From Anthoceros angustus (lineage: Eukaryota > Plantae > Anthocerotophyta): 64,000 nucleotides of DNA. The DNA is taken from assembly GCA_010909165.1 (NCBI GenBank), contig VJWM01000063.1:806001-870000 (forward strand). The letters are read 5' to 3'. The notes beneath the pieces are model-generated. The model was not told where the DNA came from and did no database searches. It saw only the letters and a list, made by a program, of their open reading frames with translations. This document shows positions 48,479-62,556 of the stretch, one piece after another (the first letter of the stretch is position 1; the number at the start of each line of letters is the position of its first letter). Position numbers and translations under genes: made by a program.

Positions 48479-50896
48479 AACCCTTTACGCAGCACCAGCT
48501 TCTCTGAAGTGCTGCTGCCGCGATCTCAACACAGCAACCACGTTTCGCAGCCCATGTCATAGAACCTTCTCTTTGCGGCACGTTCATCTTCAGATTCAGA
48601 AGAGCGGACAAGCAATTTCAGAGCGACGGGGCGAGACAGAAAATTTTTCGAGCAGATATCTGTATTTCATGAAGGCACATCGACCTCTTGAGTCACCCCC
48701 ATCGGATTTCCACTGGCGGGTGGCACATCGACCTCTTGAGTCACCCCTATCGGATTTCCACTGGCGAATGGCACGTCGGCTCTCAAATTGTCTACCTTCG
48801 GTGCCCGGTTTCACACATCCGAAATCATTCGGTCGACTCTTCATGGAGCATAGAACTCCAACCTACACCATCCTTTTTCTTTTTCTTGTTTTTGACGATG
48901 TAATGGTGTAGGTAACATCACCCATCTATGTTACTAGGTACAAAAAGGAAATATATGATCTTTATTCCCTTCACAGCACAGATTTGAAAAAACAAAAGGT
49001 ATGACGACCATTTGAATGACAAGGTTCATCACAACATGGAAGAAAGTAACGTTCACTTGCGGACAGATCCAAAGTAACGTGCGGACAGATCCGAAGGGAT
49101 GGACTGTCCAGCACATTCGCAAGGTATATGGGAGGCCTGGGAGCGAAAGTGATGGTGTGGCTCCCACCGAGAGGAATGAAGATGGAAAAAGAGCAGTGGT
49201 GGCTGACCTTCTCAAGGAAGCTCTCAGCATGCTCATCAGAGGGGTGGACGCGAAGACGCGAAATGGCTGGAGGACTGATAAGATTGCCGACCGCAAGTGG
49301 AAGCTTTTACAAGGATAGTTTTCGACCGCTGACAACCACCTACTTGCAGCCCAGACTGTAAGTCTGCTCCCTTGGCACAGGCCTGGAGGCTGCTACAAAC
49401 ACATGACCGTCCGGCTTCACCTGACCAGCGCATCTGATGATACAGCTGAATAGCCCTCTTATCTTGTCCGTGTGTAACATGTGCAGAAAATTATGGAAGA
49501 CCACATGAAGGCATCTGGCTTGGCAGCCACGGTAAACACATCCATGGCTTCTTGCAACCTGGCATGGGAAGCATACATCCGCAGGATGTGATTGCTAAGA
49601 ACGTGTCCGGCTCATGCCCCCACACAATGAGAGCATGCACTCAGCGACCCAGAACCAGATGCTTACTATCGACACATTCTTTGAATACAGTGTAGAAGAC
49701 AGACTGAGAAACACCGTAGCCTATCTGCACCACGACTCCCAGAGCCTCGACAGCCTTAGTGAGCTGCCCCTGCTGACATAGTCGAGTCACGGTTTCAGCC
49801 CCTAGTCCCCTTTTGAAATCCACCCACGCTGAGCCCTTCCTAGAGCACCTGTCATCCAACTGATTCTCCCTTGTCGGGTCCAGAAAAGCTGTTGCCACAA
49901 GAGGGCCTGTCGCCTTCCGTGTGTGTGACTTGCAACGGGCTACGCAGCCATGATTGGCAGAAGCATGTGTTGAAGCTGCAGCGTGAAGCCTGATCCCAAA
50001 ACCCAGCTCCAGTTTCTCAGCTGGGTTGCTCGCACACGATGCAGTCCATAACCCTTTACGCAGCACCAGCTTCTCTGAAGTGCTGCCGCGATCTCAACAC
50101 AGCAACCACGTTTCGCAGCCCATGTCATAGAACCTTCTCTTTGCGGCACGTTCATCTTCAGATTCAGAAGAGCGGACAAGCAATTTCAGAGCGACGGGGC
50201 GAGACAGAAAATTTTTCGAGCAGATATCTGTATTTCATGAAGGCACATCGACCTCTTGAGTCACCCCCATCGGATTTCCACTGGCGGGTGGCACATCGAC
50301 CTCTTGAGTCACCCCTATCGGATTTCCACTGGCGAATGGCACGTCGGCTCTCCAAATTGTCTACCTTCGGTGCCCGGTTTCACACATCCGAAATCATTCG
50401 GTCGACTCTTCATGGAGCATAGAACTCCAACCTACACCATCCTTTTTCTTTTTCTTGTTTTTGACGATGTAATGGTGTAGGTAACATCACCCATCTATGT
50501 TACTAGGTACAAAAAGGAAATATATGATCTTTATTCCCTTCACAGCACAGATTTGAAAAAACAAAAGGTATGACCATTTGAATGACAAGGTTCATCACAA
50601 CATGGAAGAAAGTAACGTTGCAGACGAGATCCAAAGTAACGTGCGGACGGTCCAGAAGGATGGGTATCCAGCCATTCGCAAGGTATATGGGAGGCCGAGG
50701 CGAAAGTGATGGTGTGGCTCCACCGAGAGGAATGAAGATGGAAAAGAGCGTTGGTGACCTTCTCAAGGAAGCTCGGCATGCTCATCGGAGGTGGGCGAAG
50801 GCGAAATGGGTGGAGGACAGATAAGATTGCTGACCGCAAGTGGAAGCTTTTTACAAGGATAGTTTTGGGGCTGACTGCTGACAAACCACCTACTTG
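47763..50896. repeat. Tandem duplication of ~1.56 kb (47763-49341 / 49342-50896) including the PPR 5' end and promoter
   Basis: 'acttgcagcccagactgtaagtctgctcc' at 47763 and 49342; junction microhomology 'acttg'; indels cluster near the junction. Confidence 0.9.
48675..48765. repeat. ~48 bp tandem repeat (x2) upstream of the minus-strand PPR gene
   Basis: 'gcacatcgacctcttgagtcaccc..atcggatttccactggcg' occurs twice. Confidence 0.8.
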
Positions 50897-52900
50897 ATCG
50901 TTCTTTCATTTTATGTGGAAGTCAAGCAAGGAGCTCACCGACTGGGGACAACCATGTCGACGCCTATGAGCATCACCGAGACAAGTCACGAGGCCAAACA
51001 TTGTGGACAATGAGGGGCGAGGCAAACCATTTGAGTACTTACCCAGTGCGGTACACATGGGTTATGAAGAAGAGCTGGAGGAGTCTTACCAGCCGTTTGA
51101 AGTGGTCCCTCCGAGGGATGGTACAGGGGTCCCTCTCCCTAAGAAGGTGAAGAAGGCAGAGGAGGAACCCAAGGTGGAGCAAGGGAGTGCTTCACCTCAA
51201 GTGGTGATCTTGGATGATGAGACCACCCCGGCGTCTGACGCCAAGGAAGAAGAAGTGCCTGTCATCTGTGGGAGACAAGGCACAAAGGAAGAGGTGGCGT
51301 GCCACCATGTGCATGAGGCAACCCCATGGAGCGGTGGTGGAACTAACCCACCGGAGATGGCCAGTCACAGAGTCCCACCCAACATCGACAGAGATGGAGA
51401 GACCGCCACCAAGAGAAAGGCAGAGTCGACCCTGTGAGGGAATGAGAAGACAAAGGCTTTGAAGGATCCGCTCACCATCCGCCGCCTAATTGACACTCCA
51501 TTAGTGAAGCGGGCCTTACGGAAGTAGAGGAGTTGGAGGTGAGAGCCGCCGTGATGACCAAGCGATTGCCCCACCGTGGGGAGAAGGATAGTAAGGCTAT
51601 CAAGGAGATGGCGGCAAAGGGGCCTAGTTGACCTGGAGAGAAGGTTGGGGCTCAAGATTGAAGAAGAGGCCGAGACAAGAAAGTAGGGAGCGAATGAAGG
51701 AAGTGGCTACCTCAATCGTAAAATTGAGGAGACCGTCCGATGTGGGAAGGAGTGGCAAGAAGAACAGCCTTCAGCCGAGAAGGAGAGGGACGATCAAGAC
51801 TGTGAGGCCGAGGCCGCCAAGCCAAGAATGAAGAATCGAGGCCAAGCTCAAGGAGCCGGAGGAGGACAGCCACATGGAGCAAGGAGCGTGAGGAGCTGGC
51901 AAGCAACGGAGGTGACCAGCGGTGGAAGGAAGAGGTGGCCACCGGGATGATGCATCGCATCTTTGGTCGTCAGAAGCAACGCTTCATATGTATGGCGCAA
52001 GGGATCTTGGAGGCATGGAAGGAGATGCAGCCGAAAATGTTACCTTACAGCTTCGTTTGAGTGAGGTGACACTTGAGAGGGATGCTTTGCGTAGCAAGTT
52101 AGCCTCAGGAGAATGGCCTGAGGAATTTGATGAGATTTGTTTGAAGGGCCAAGAGATGCAGGTCCACTTACATGCCAGGGTCAACAAGTTCGCCAAGGAG
52201 ATGCGTTCCTTATTGACAAGGAAGTTGATGGGTCCCCATGATGACGACAGGGAGATTTTGGAAGAATTGCGACCCTCGACGGAGATTCGGGACTGGAGGC
52301 GAATGGATCTGAAGGCTCAGTGTGGGAGGAGCCAATGGAAGAGGAGGAGATTTCCAACCAGCCGGTAGAGTTGGTGGGGGTGTCTGGCGGCAGGACAGGC
52401 GTTGCACCAACCGCCTGAGGTAATTGCGGCGGCAATACATGCTGAGAGGCGGTGCCTTTGCAAGGCGCCACGCAAGAGGCGGCGTTCGGCTTCATCAGCG
52501 GTCGGCATTGCGGGGGGTGTGAAGGCTCCTGTCGCGACGACGAGTGAAGAGATCCGGACGGGGAACAGTCCCCCAGCGAAGAGGAGGAAGACGGTGGCAA
52601 GGCGTCTGGCCATGCCAATGCCCAAGAAGAAGTAGGAGGATAGTTGGTAGGGGAGTGAAGGGGTCATTAAGACCCCTAGGGGGGTTAGTGGGATTGTTAG
52701 GAGGTAGGTTAAGAACCTTTTAAGAGGCCACCTACTTAAAAACCGTAAGCAAACCCCTACCCCACCAGACTTAATTAATGCTAGGGTTTGGGGGAGCTCC
52801 TATAAGAGGGGGAGGAGCTCCCATAATGAAATGTCATGCCTTGCTCTCCTGACCTGTGTGTGCTTGTTTGCTACGCAAGCATGCGTGCTGACCGCGTGAG
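50560..52900 (+). mobile_element. Degenerate repeat family, copy 2 (homologous to 24.7-29.3 kb)
   Basis: VRTDPKGWTVQHIRKVYG (read in the duplicated 49.0-49.3 kb copy), DAYEHHRDK..VDNEGRG..YQPFEV, 'GPHDDD' and the cctataagagg module. Confidence 0.55.
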
Positions 52901-53114
52901 GGTGCATGGTGTCTGGTAGGGTCTTGAGTTGCGGTGACCAGGGCAAGGGCGGGGCCCAAGCCTTTCTTTGTTGAGGTTGCAGCTGGGTAGCGTTCGAACG
53001 GTGAGGAAGCGGCGTTGTGGTCGCAGCGACGGTGCGTCAGGCTGGTGAGGGGAGACCCCTAGTAAATTCCAGCACGCAAGAGGTCGCCTGCAAATCTATG
53101 TCTGGCCTAGGACC

Positions 53115-55662
53115 GTGAGCACTTAGTGTCACATGGTATATCATCAGAGCAGGTCTCTTTGTTCCATTGAGTTGGATACCTTTTTGTACCCAAGATTTTT
53201 GCTCAACACGCACATGATTTTGCCATACAAAACCCAAACCATAGCACGTCTCTAGCACAGAAAAGGTGCAATGGTTAGGTGTTTGAAAGCCGGAGGCTTG
53301 GCACAGTCGTACCATACAGCGTGGGTTAGGCCTTCACTTTCTGCAGGTATCGATGTATAGGTAGATGGGGCCTTTTGAGTATGTATTTCAAAGACGGATA
53401 AAATCGCAGGCCGTTGTCAAGTCATGAGAAGTTTTGGGTATTTAGGATTTCGAGATAAAATCCGTCATTTCTTAAAAGAGAAAAGAAGAACGACGAACTA
53501 CTTGGGGCTAATATTGTGCTACTTGGGATCTCGTGTGTGTTTGGTGAGTGTTATTATTGTGCTACACAGGAGCCTCGTGTTGTGTTTGGTGGGTGTTTTT
53601 ATCTTTTAATCGCGTCGAGAAGATGTTTGCTAGCTTGGAGACCCGCTGAATGCAACGTCAGTGCACTTTCTAATAATCTGTCAAACATTGCACTTTCTAA
53701 TAATCTGCCAAACATTGCACAAACTTTCTAATGATCATCAAACATTGCACAAACTTTCTAATGATCATCAAACATTACAAACTTTCTAATAATCATCAAA
53801 CATTGCACTCTCTAATAATCATTAAACATGGCGAATGGATCTTTTATGCGATGTGGAATTCCCTCGGAGATCTTTGCCATCATTCTCGTTCAACACCTTC
53901 TTGCTTTGCCTCACCAATTCCGCATCCTTAAAGGGACAACAAGGGCCTCTTTGACCTTGGGATGTATTCCATGGCGTTAGGGTTCATGATCACCCTCTTC
54001 CGTCAAGACCCTTGCCTTGTCGACACCACCACTAGTGAACACTTGAGAAAAGAGGGGTCAAGGCTGCGATCGAGGCGGTGGCAGTTGGGAGGAGCAAGGC
54101 CACCTTGCACAGGAGTAAGTCACATGGCGGTGGAAAGCCGTCTTAGAATAGGAGTCACGGCCGATGGAGGAGTGAAAGGTAGAGCCGCGAAAGTTTTATT
54201 GTCGCATGACGGTTAGGTGCGATCTCGGGTTGACTATTTTCAGCTTCCTCCACGATTGGCGCACCAAGATATCTCTCGAGGTATATATGTCTCCTCCTTC
54301 TCACAAATCATTGAAATGTGGCTGCCCCACTATCTGGAATTGCCTTTGCAAGAAATTGCCCCTCATCATCGTTTATACTATTTGAACCAATCTCTCGGAA
54401 GGTTTAACATGTTCCTTACTTTCACCGATGGCTTTAGGGCTATAACTCCTTTCACCATCTCGAACTTGTATTCTCAACTAATGCCTTTATGTCACATTCG
54501 CTATAGTACCAAACGTGATATTCCACTCACTGCTGTTGCTTGTCGCAGCCTCGCTTGGGGTAGATGCATGGCTCATGCTCGCCTCAATGACATGATGACC
54601 ATTACTATCCACTATGAGGCCACACCACCATTTTGGACAACTCCTTCACCATAGAAGGTCTCAATTGCCCGATACATCGTCACTATGAGGTTGCAAGCCC
54701 GGTGCTTGACCATTATCATAGACCTTGGCGGAGATCCGCCCACTTTGGGCATTTGCTTCTTCTCTTCACGTGCCTTGGATCCACCCTTCATTTCGCAAAC
54801 CCTTGAACACTCCATTATGTTTGTGGCTATGCCGGTCCACTCCATTACTTTGCTTTGTCTTGTGACCATTTTCACTACTTTTGAACAACCTTGTTGGAGA
54901 TTCCATTCATAATTCTCTCCCCTAACACGGAGGTTTGTCGCCCACATCGCCCACCTCTTCCCATGAACAATGACATTTTTTCTCTGCGTTCACTTTGTCA
55001 TGACGTCCGCCTCATCGACTTACATTCTTCACCACATTAGCACTTTCAACTGTTGATGTGGAAGAGGCTCGCTATCTGTGTCCTTTAGCTTACTACCAGC
55101 ATGCGGAGGCCTCACTTGAGCGTGAAGTGCAAGTCTGCATCCTATATGAAGTTCCGCTCTAAGTGGCAGCGAGTTCAACATCATTCGGGTTTCTTGAAGG
55201 GACACAATTTTCGACACCGTCTTCACCACAGTAGCACCCTTGGCCTTGGGCTCATCCAAAGGAGACTCACCACCAGTACTTTTGAGTGTGGCTGCCTCGA
55301 GGCCTCAAGCTTCAGTGCTGTTGAAAGCAGGCACTCTCCTCTTGCCATCATAAGAGGCATTACCATTTGTTGCCCCATTACCACTTGCTACCCCAAAAAT
55401 TGAGCCTCAATCACCCATGTTTCTCGATTCCTTGGAGCATTGCTCGCACTTTGAGTTGGCACCCGTTACCATTTACTAAGCCTTGGGCTCCATTTCTTCT
55501 CCGATTTCCATGGGCAAATCGCCCCTCACGATACTACTTCCGCCATCCTTCATCCTCCTTACGACAGAGGATTGATGCACCTGACTTCAAGTTCGAAGCC
55601 ATGCTATTAACTACAAACCCGGCATTGGTAGCGAGAGTTGCTCCCATCGCCATTAACTACAC
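53115..55662. repeat. ~2.6 kb dispersed direct repeat, copy 1 (copy 2 at 59709-62285); degenerate TE-like sequence
   Basis: Colinear from 'gagcacttagt.tcacatggtatatcatca' to 'ctcccatcgccattaactacac'. Confidence 0.9.
53663..53830. repeat. ~27-31 bp minisatellite (also at 60232-60403)
   Basis: About six 'ttctaat(a/g)atc...aaacattgcac' units with no unique spacers. Confidence 0.85.
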
Positions 55663-58356
55663 ACGCCATTCGCCTCGCCTGAAGCCACACCTCTTTGCAT
55701 TGGTTGGTGATATCACGACTTGTCGAAAAATGAGAGGAACGAAGAGAGAAAAAGGCACAGAGGGACTAGTTTCATTGGCAAACTAGTTTCACGAGAGACT
55801 CGATCGAATAAATTTACACCTAGGCAACATCACATATATAGACAATAGGATATGGAGACTCAATGCGAATTAATTTACATGTGGCCATATCACATATATA
55901 GACAATATGATTTGTTTATTTTTGTATATTAATTCAAATTATGATTAATGTGACAAAAATAGACATAATAGTGGGAGCAAGTGACCTTACTAGCCCTCGG
56001 ACGACTCCTTAAGTAGTATTATCCTCTCTCCCTTCTTGGCGCTTCCTATTACAATTCCATGTTAAGCAATGCATCCCTCTTGTGGATTAGCATTTCCCAT
56101 CTTGAGAGAGCAATATGTAATTAGCAGTCAACGTGGTATGGGCCTCACCTTGATTATAGGCTTGCAAGCATATGTCGAGTGAGAAGGTAATGCGACAAGC
56201 GGTTGGTGCCATGACTTCCTTTTCCCTTCTCATCGAACAAGGTCTCCTTAGGAATAGTGATGGCTCCTAGTCACTACTTTGAAGGGTGTAAAAGCGTCTT
56301 GGATCTAATGAAAATCTAAATTTCGTGGTTTCATGGCCATACATATCAACCGTTGATGGAAACATTAATGAAATAGAAATTTTGGCATCCTAGCGTCTAA
56401 AGCATATGATAACATAGCTATCACTTTCATAATCTAGATGTAGATGTCTTACATTGAGTAGAGATTAGTGGCGCATCATTGCATTGTATTACTGTATAGG
56501 GCAAAAATCACGTTATAGAATTCAAATTTGTAGACCTTACAACCGCACTTTTCTTCTTTCGCTGGTTACCATGCTACTTTTATGCGGCTCCATGCCTCCT
56601 TGCTCCCACACACTTTAGGGTTCCGCCCCCGGATCTAGCGGTTTGAAGGTATGAGTTGTGTGGCCTACCAAGATGGAGGCATGGCATAGGATTATGAGGA
56701 GATAGAGCTGGATTGCCTCTTTGTTGCTCGAGTGGACGAATGTGTTCGGCATCATGCGTCCCGCTGCATCCATCTTGAATTGAATCGTCTTGGATCCGAA
56801 TGCTAAATCTCTAATGAAGCATTATGGAGATCACTCAAACACAAGCTGGACTCCGATCATAATGGATGTGCGAAAACAAATCCATTCACATGGATGATGT
56901 GTACTCCAAAGCTCCAAAGTAATATATAACATAAGCCCAATAATAAAACACATCCATAAATGCCTAGTATGTGGATCCATCTTGGATAACATGATAAAAT
57001 GTATTTAAATAGAAAATCTAACAACCTAAAATAAACTCAAACTAGAGAAGGCCGCAAGAAGCGGGTGGAAGACAAAATATAATGACTCTAGAAGATGGTA
57101 TGAATGTGTTGGTGCGAAGGAAGGGTCCTTTTCACCTCCTCTTGCCTAAGACATTTCACTTTATTTATCAATAAGTGAAAGTAAGGGTGGCCCACTCGTC
57201 GGTGTGAAACCGAGGCGCAAATGGCCACCATGACATGGTTTAGGCCAAGTCCGTGTGAAGCGGCGAGGACCGTAAATGGCCACCATGACATGGTTTAGAC
57301 CAAGTCCTAGTACGGCTCTTGACATGAGGGTCCGGTGTGAACCCACCCTGAGAGGCCTAACCGCAGGTTGTGGCTGTTTATGGCCCATGGGACCACAATG
57401 TGTGGCCTCCCAACAGCAGTCGCGACAGACATAGGAGGCCTCTAGTTCTGATGTGTGTATGGTTATTGGGTCAATTGTAAACCCGTTTAGATGTTGTGAA
57501 GCACCTCGGTATGGCGTACCAATCTCATCATGGCGTGAGTTGTGTGTGTCAACATTATTTTCCTCTGTTATGCGCATCAATCCTTCGGCATCTTCTATGC
57601 ATAAAGATGCGTATCACACATCTGAACAATACACGCGGGATGGCTGCGTGGCCGATGTCACCAAGTGTGTGACATACAAGCTTTCCGTCGTATGTCGCGG
57701 AAAACATTTCGTGAACCACCATAAAAACCGGTGATGAGAATGGTACACCATACCTTGATATTGAGATCCCTCCATGTTCCTTTTTTGTTATCAACCGCTC
57801 AGTAGTGGCATATTTTGTGGAAGCTCAATCTACGCATATGGTGGTGTGTTGCTATATGAGTTTAGGTTTAGAATGAATTCACTAAAACATGCATGGAAGG
57901 GCTGTCTGTTGGAAAACAAACCTAGGGTGTTTCTAATAGCTCATTGTTTTCATCTATTATTGCATTGAGATGAGAAAAATTGCATTTGGCTTGGAGCACC
58001 TTGCCCTATTGTTTATAATTGGAAAATAGGACAAATAGTAAATAAATATCCTTGTAAATATTTTAAAACAAGTAGATACCCAAACACGCTTAAACGTTTT
58101 GGTGTTAAAAACAAATAATACTCACGAAATATAACATCAAGCCTCCATGTAGCCCGTCGTCTCCCAATGAATGCTCGTAGACTAGTCCCTTGGGGTACGT
58201 TTTACTACAAATGAACAAAGATATGTACAATACAAAGGTCACTAAATGCTTGTCTTGTACTTATATGAATTGTACCACTTAGATCTCCCCTCTTAATCTC
58301 CGACTTCAAAGCTTCCTTTCACATATACGTCTTGGTGCGTGGCGTTTCGTCGAGGC

Positions 58357-58476
58357 GCTGGAGCTGCGTGAAGGGTTATGGATTGCATCGTGTGTACAAG
58401 CAACCGAGCTGAGACACTGGAGTTGGGTTTTGGGATCGGGCTTGACGCTGCAACTTCAACACGTTCTTTTGCCAAT
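58357..58476 (+). pseudogene. Isolated ~120 bp fragment of the PPR gene 5' end
   Basis: 'gctgcgtgaagggttatggattgcatcgtgtgtacaagcaaccgagctgagacactggagttgggttttgggatc..' aligns to the reverse complement of ~48380-48499. Confidence 0.8.
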
Positions 58477-59708
58477 AGCTCAAGCTCTTGTACTTTTTCT
58501 TGTGTATAATAATACATGTCAATATGGAGCATAGAATGAAGGGAAAGCTAGTTGCAAAAACAAAGCCTTTTGGAAAAAGCGGTCCTTAGGTGCAAAAACT
58601 ACACATAAACACAAGTAGAGCAATCTGGTTATATAATATGTAAACCGCAGCCGTCTCATGTCATATTCAGGGGTGTATGTACCTAGAGATGGGTTGTATT
58701 TCAACCTAGCCTGTATGCCTTCTCCGTACTGACATCACACACATAATAATAACATGATAATTTTTGAAGGGGGTGAATAATCTCGAAGGGGGTTTTCCGC
58801 AAATAATCTCTGAAGGGGGTTTTTGATGGGTCCTAAAATAGCGTTTTGAAGGCATTGCGGCATTTCGAAAAAAGGTGTCACCCGGTAAAGTTACTACTTT
58901 CCATCCGGCAATCGTCCGAATGGTGATGCAAACTCGAACCTACGGGAATAATGCAAAGTAGGCGGTGAGGAAGGCCGTTCTGCCGGAAGGGCTGTAAACT
59001 CGGTTTTGGGAGGAAAATGTGGTTTTGTTATGACACCACAAAAGCCCGCAGACGTATTTCCTAGCAGAACATCGGAGACTTACAACATTAACTCTGGGAC
59101 CGGGAAAAAAGCGAGATTCAGTTTCACTCATCCCGAGTTCAATCCTTATCATCACTTGGTCCAACTTCTCCTCCATTGTCATCATTATCTTGACACTTTG
59201 ATTTCGCAGGTTGTATTAAACCACGCCTTCTGAGCTTATCCCTTATCGCTTTTTTGTCCAGCATACGGATGTTTTTGGAGGAGTACCTCTACACTCGACC
59301 AAATCTTGGCTTTCGATTTCATTTTACTTCTAAGGTTAGCCTTCATTCCAAGGTTGCTTCTAAGGTTAGCCTAGTGAATTTTCGATGGAAGTGCAAAAAC
59401 ATAGGGGTGCGTGGAAGGGAGGCCACAATGGGCACGGAGGGAGGCGGCGCCCTCGTCGCCTTCCCCATCGGGCATAAAATTTGGTAGTGCGAGGAGGAGG
59501 CGGCGGCGCCTCCCCTTCCCCGCCCATGGCGTCGGCGCCACCCAGGACCTGCCCTCTTGGGCGCCCGGCCGGCCAGGCGCCCTCCTCATAGTCTTTAAGA
59601 AAATGAATATGTAGTGGCTCAATTAGTAATTATGCCCTTAAATTGTAACATGGCCATGGTTCAAGATGGTAGGAACTAATGTCACAAGTCTTGGCATGGT
59701 TCGAATTG

Positions 59709-62285
59709 GAGCACTTAGTATCACATGGTATATCATCACGCAGTCTCTTAGTTCCATTGAGTTGGATACCTTTTGTACCCAAGATTTTTGCTCAACACGC
59801 ACATGATTTTTGCCATACAAAACCCAAACCATAGCACGTCTCTAGCACAAAAAGGTGCAATGGTTAGGCGTTTGGCCGAGGCAACGCGATCGTACCATCG
59901 TGGGTTAGGCCTTCACTTTGCGGTATCGATGTATAGGTAGATGGGGCCTTTTGAGTATGTATTTCGGAGGCAGGATAAAATCGCGGGCCGTTGTCAAGTC
60001 ATGAGAAGTTTTGGGTATTTAGGATTTCGAGATAAAATCCGGTCATTTCTTAAAAGAGAAAAGAAGAAAGCAACGAACTACTTGGGGCTAATATTGTGCT
60101 ACTTGGGATCTCGTATTGTGTTTGGTGAGTGTTATTATTGTGCTACAGGAGCCTCGTGTTGTGTTTGGTGGGTGTTTTATCTTTTAATCGCGTCGAGAAG
60201 ATGTTTGTTAGCTTGGAGACCAGGAACGTGCTGCACTTTCTAATAATCTGTCAAACATTGCACTTTCTAATAATCTGCCAAACATTGCACAAAATTTCTA
60301 ATGATCTGTCAAACATTGCACAAACTTTCTAATGATCTGTCAAACATTGCGCAAACTTTCTAATATCTGTCAAACATTCCACTCTCTAATAATCTGTTAA
60401 ACATGGCGAATGGATCTTTGTACGATGTGGAATTCCTACTGGAGATCTTTGCCATCATTCTCGTTCCAACACCTTCGCAGTTATCTTTGCCTCACCAATT
60501 CAGCATCCTTAAAGGGACAACAAGGGCCTCTTTGACCTTGGGATGTATTCCATGGCGTTAGGGTTCATGATCACCCTCTTCCGCCCAAGACCCTTGCCTT
60601 GTCGACACCACCACTAGCTGAACACTTGAGAAAAGAGGGGTCAAGCTGCGATCGAGGAGGTGGCAGTTGGGAGGCAAGGCCACCTTGCACAGGAGTAAGT
60701 TGTCACATGGCGTGGAAAGCCGATCTTAGAATAGAGTCACGGTAGATGGAGGAGTGAAAGGTAGAGCCAAGCGAGAAGTTTTATTGTCGCGCAGCGGTTA
60801 GGTGCGATCTCAGTTGACTATTTTTCTTCCTCCACGATTGTTGCGCACCAAGATATCTCTCTGAGGTAATATATGTCTCCTCCTTCTCACAAATCTGTTC
60901 AGAAATGTGGTTGCCCCCACTATCTGGAATTGCCTTTGCAAGAAATTGCCCCTCAACATCGTTTATACTATTTGAACCAATCTCTGCGGAAGGTTTAACA
61001 TGTTCCTTACTTTCACCGATCGCTTTAGGGCTATAACTCCTTTCACCATCTCCTGAACTTGTATTCTCAACTAATGCCTTTATGTCACATTCAGCTATAG
61101 TACCAAACGTGATATTCCACTCACCACTGTTGCTTGTCGCATCCTCAGTGCTTGGGGTAGATGCATGGCTCATGCTCGCCTCAATGACATGATGACCATT
61201 ACTATCCACTATGAGGCCACGCCACCATTTTGGACAACTCCCTTCACCATAGAAATTTGTCTCAATTGCCCGATACATCGTCACTATGACGCTTTGCAAG
61301 CCGGTGCTTGACCATTATCATAGACCTTGGCGGAGATCCGCCCACTTTGGGCATTTGCTTCTTCTCTTCACGTGCCTTGGATCCACCCTTCATTTTCGCA
61401 AACCCCTTGAACACTCCATTATGTTTGTGGCTATGCCGGTCCACTCCATTATTCAGCTTTGTCTTGTGACCATTTTCACTAGCCTGAACAACCTTGTTGG
61501 AGATTCCGTTCATAATTCTCTCCCCTAACACAGGAGGTTTGTCGCCCACATCGGCCCACCTCTTCCCATGAACAATGACATTTTTTTCTACTCCGTTCAC
61601 TTTGTCATGACGTCCCGCCTCATCCTGACTTACATTCTTCACCACATTAGCACTTTCAGCCTGTTGATGTGGAAGAGGCTCGCTATCTGTGTCCTTTAGC
61701 TTACTACCAGCATGGAGGCCTCACTTGAGCGTGAAGTGCAAGTCTTGCATCCTTATATGAAGTTCCGACTCTAAGTGGCGGTGAGTTCCGGCATCATTAG
61801 TTTCTTGAAGGACACAATTTTGAGACATCTTCACCACGGTAGCACCCTTGGCCTTGGGCTCATCCAAAGGAGACTCACCACAGTGAGTACTTTTGAGTAT
61901 GACGCTTCTCGGGGCCTCCAAGCTTAGACCCAGTGTCTGCTTGTTGGCAGGCTTCCTCTTGCTATCATAAGAGGCATTACCATTTGTTGCCCCATTACCA
62001 CTTGCTACCCCAAAAAATTGACTGCCTACTATCGCCCATGTTTCTCGATTCCTTGGAGCATTGCTCGCACTTTGAGTTGGCACCCGTTACCATTACTAAG
62101 CCTTGGGCTCCATTTCTTCCTCCGATTTCCATGGGCAAATCGCCCCTCGATACTACTTCGCCATCCTTCATCCTCCTTACACTTAGAGGATTGATGCATA
62201 GCAACCCAAGTTGAAGCCATGCTATTAACTACAAACCCGGCATTGGTAGCAGCAGTAGAGTTGCTCCCATCGCCATTAACTACAC
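59709..62285. repeat. ~2.6 kb dispersed direct repeat, copy 2
   Basis: Matches 53115-55662 with many small indels. Confidence 0.9.
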
Positions 62286-62556
62286 AGTAGGAGCTATTGA
62301 TGGAAACATGATTTTACGCATATATAAATTTTGGCATCACAAGAAAGTCTAAATCATAGTAGATATACATTATAAATACAAGCTACTTTTACAAATATGA
62401 CCATCCTCATATGAAGGAGTAAAATCACTTTCATAATAAACAAATTAAAATAGGCTCAATGGGCGCTGCTCTGTGTCCGAAGAAGGTATTACTTTATGAA
62501 GAGTTAAAAAACATTGTTGTAGGTTAATGAAATAGAGAATCGGCATCCTAGCGGTG

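Noticed and set aside
53663-53830. CRISPR-like regular short repeats
   Set aside because: The units are adjacent with no unique spacers, there are no cas genes, and the context is eukaryotic; this is a minisatellite.
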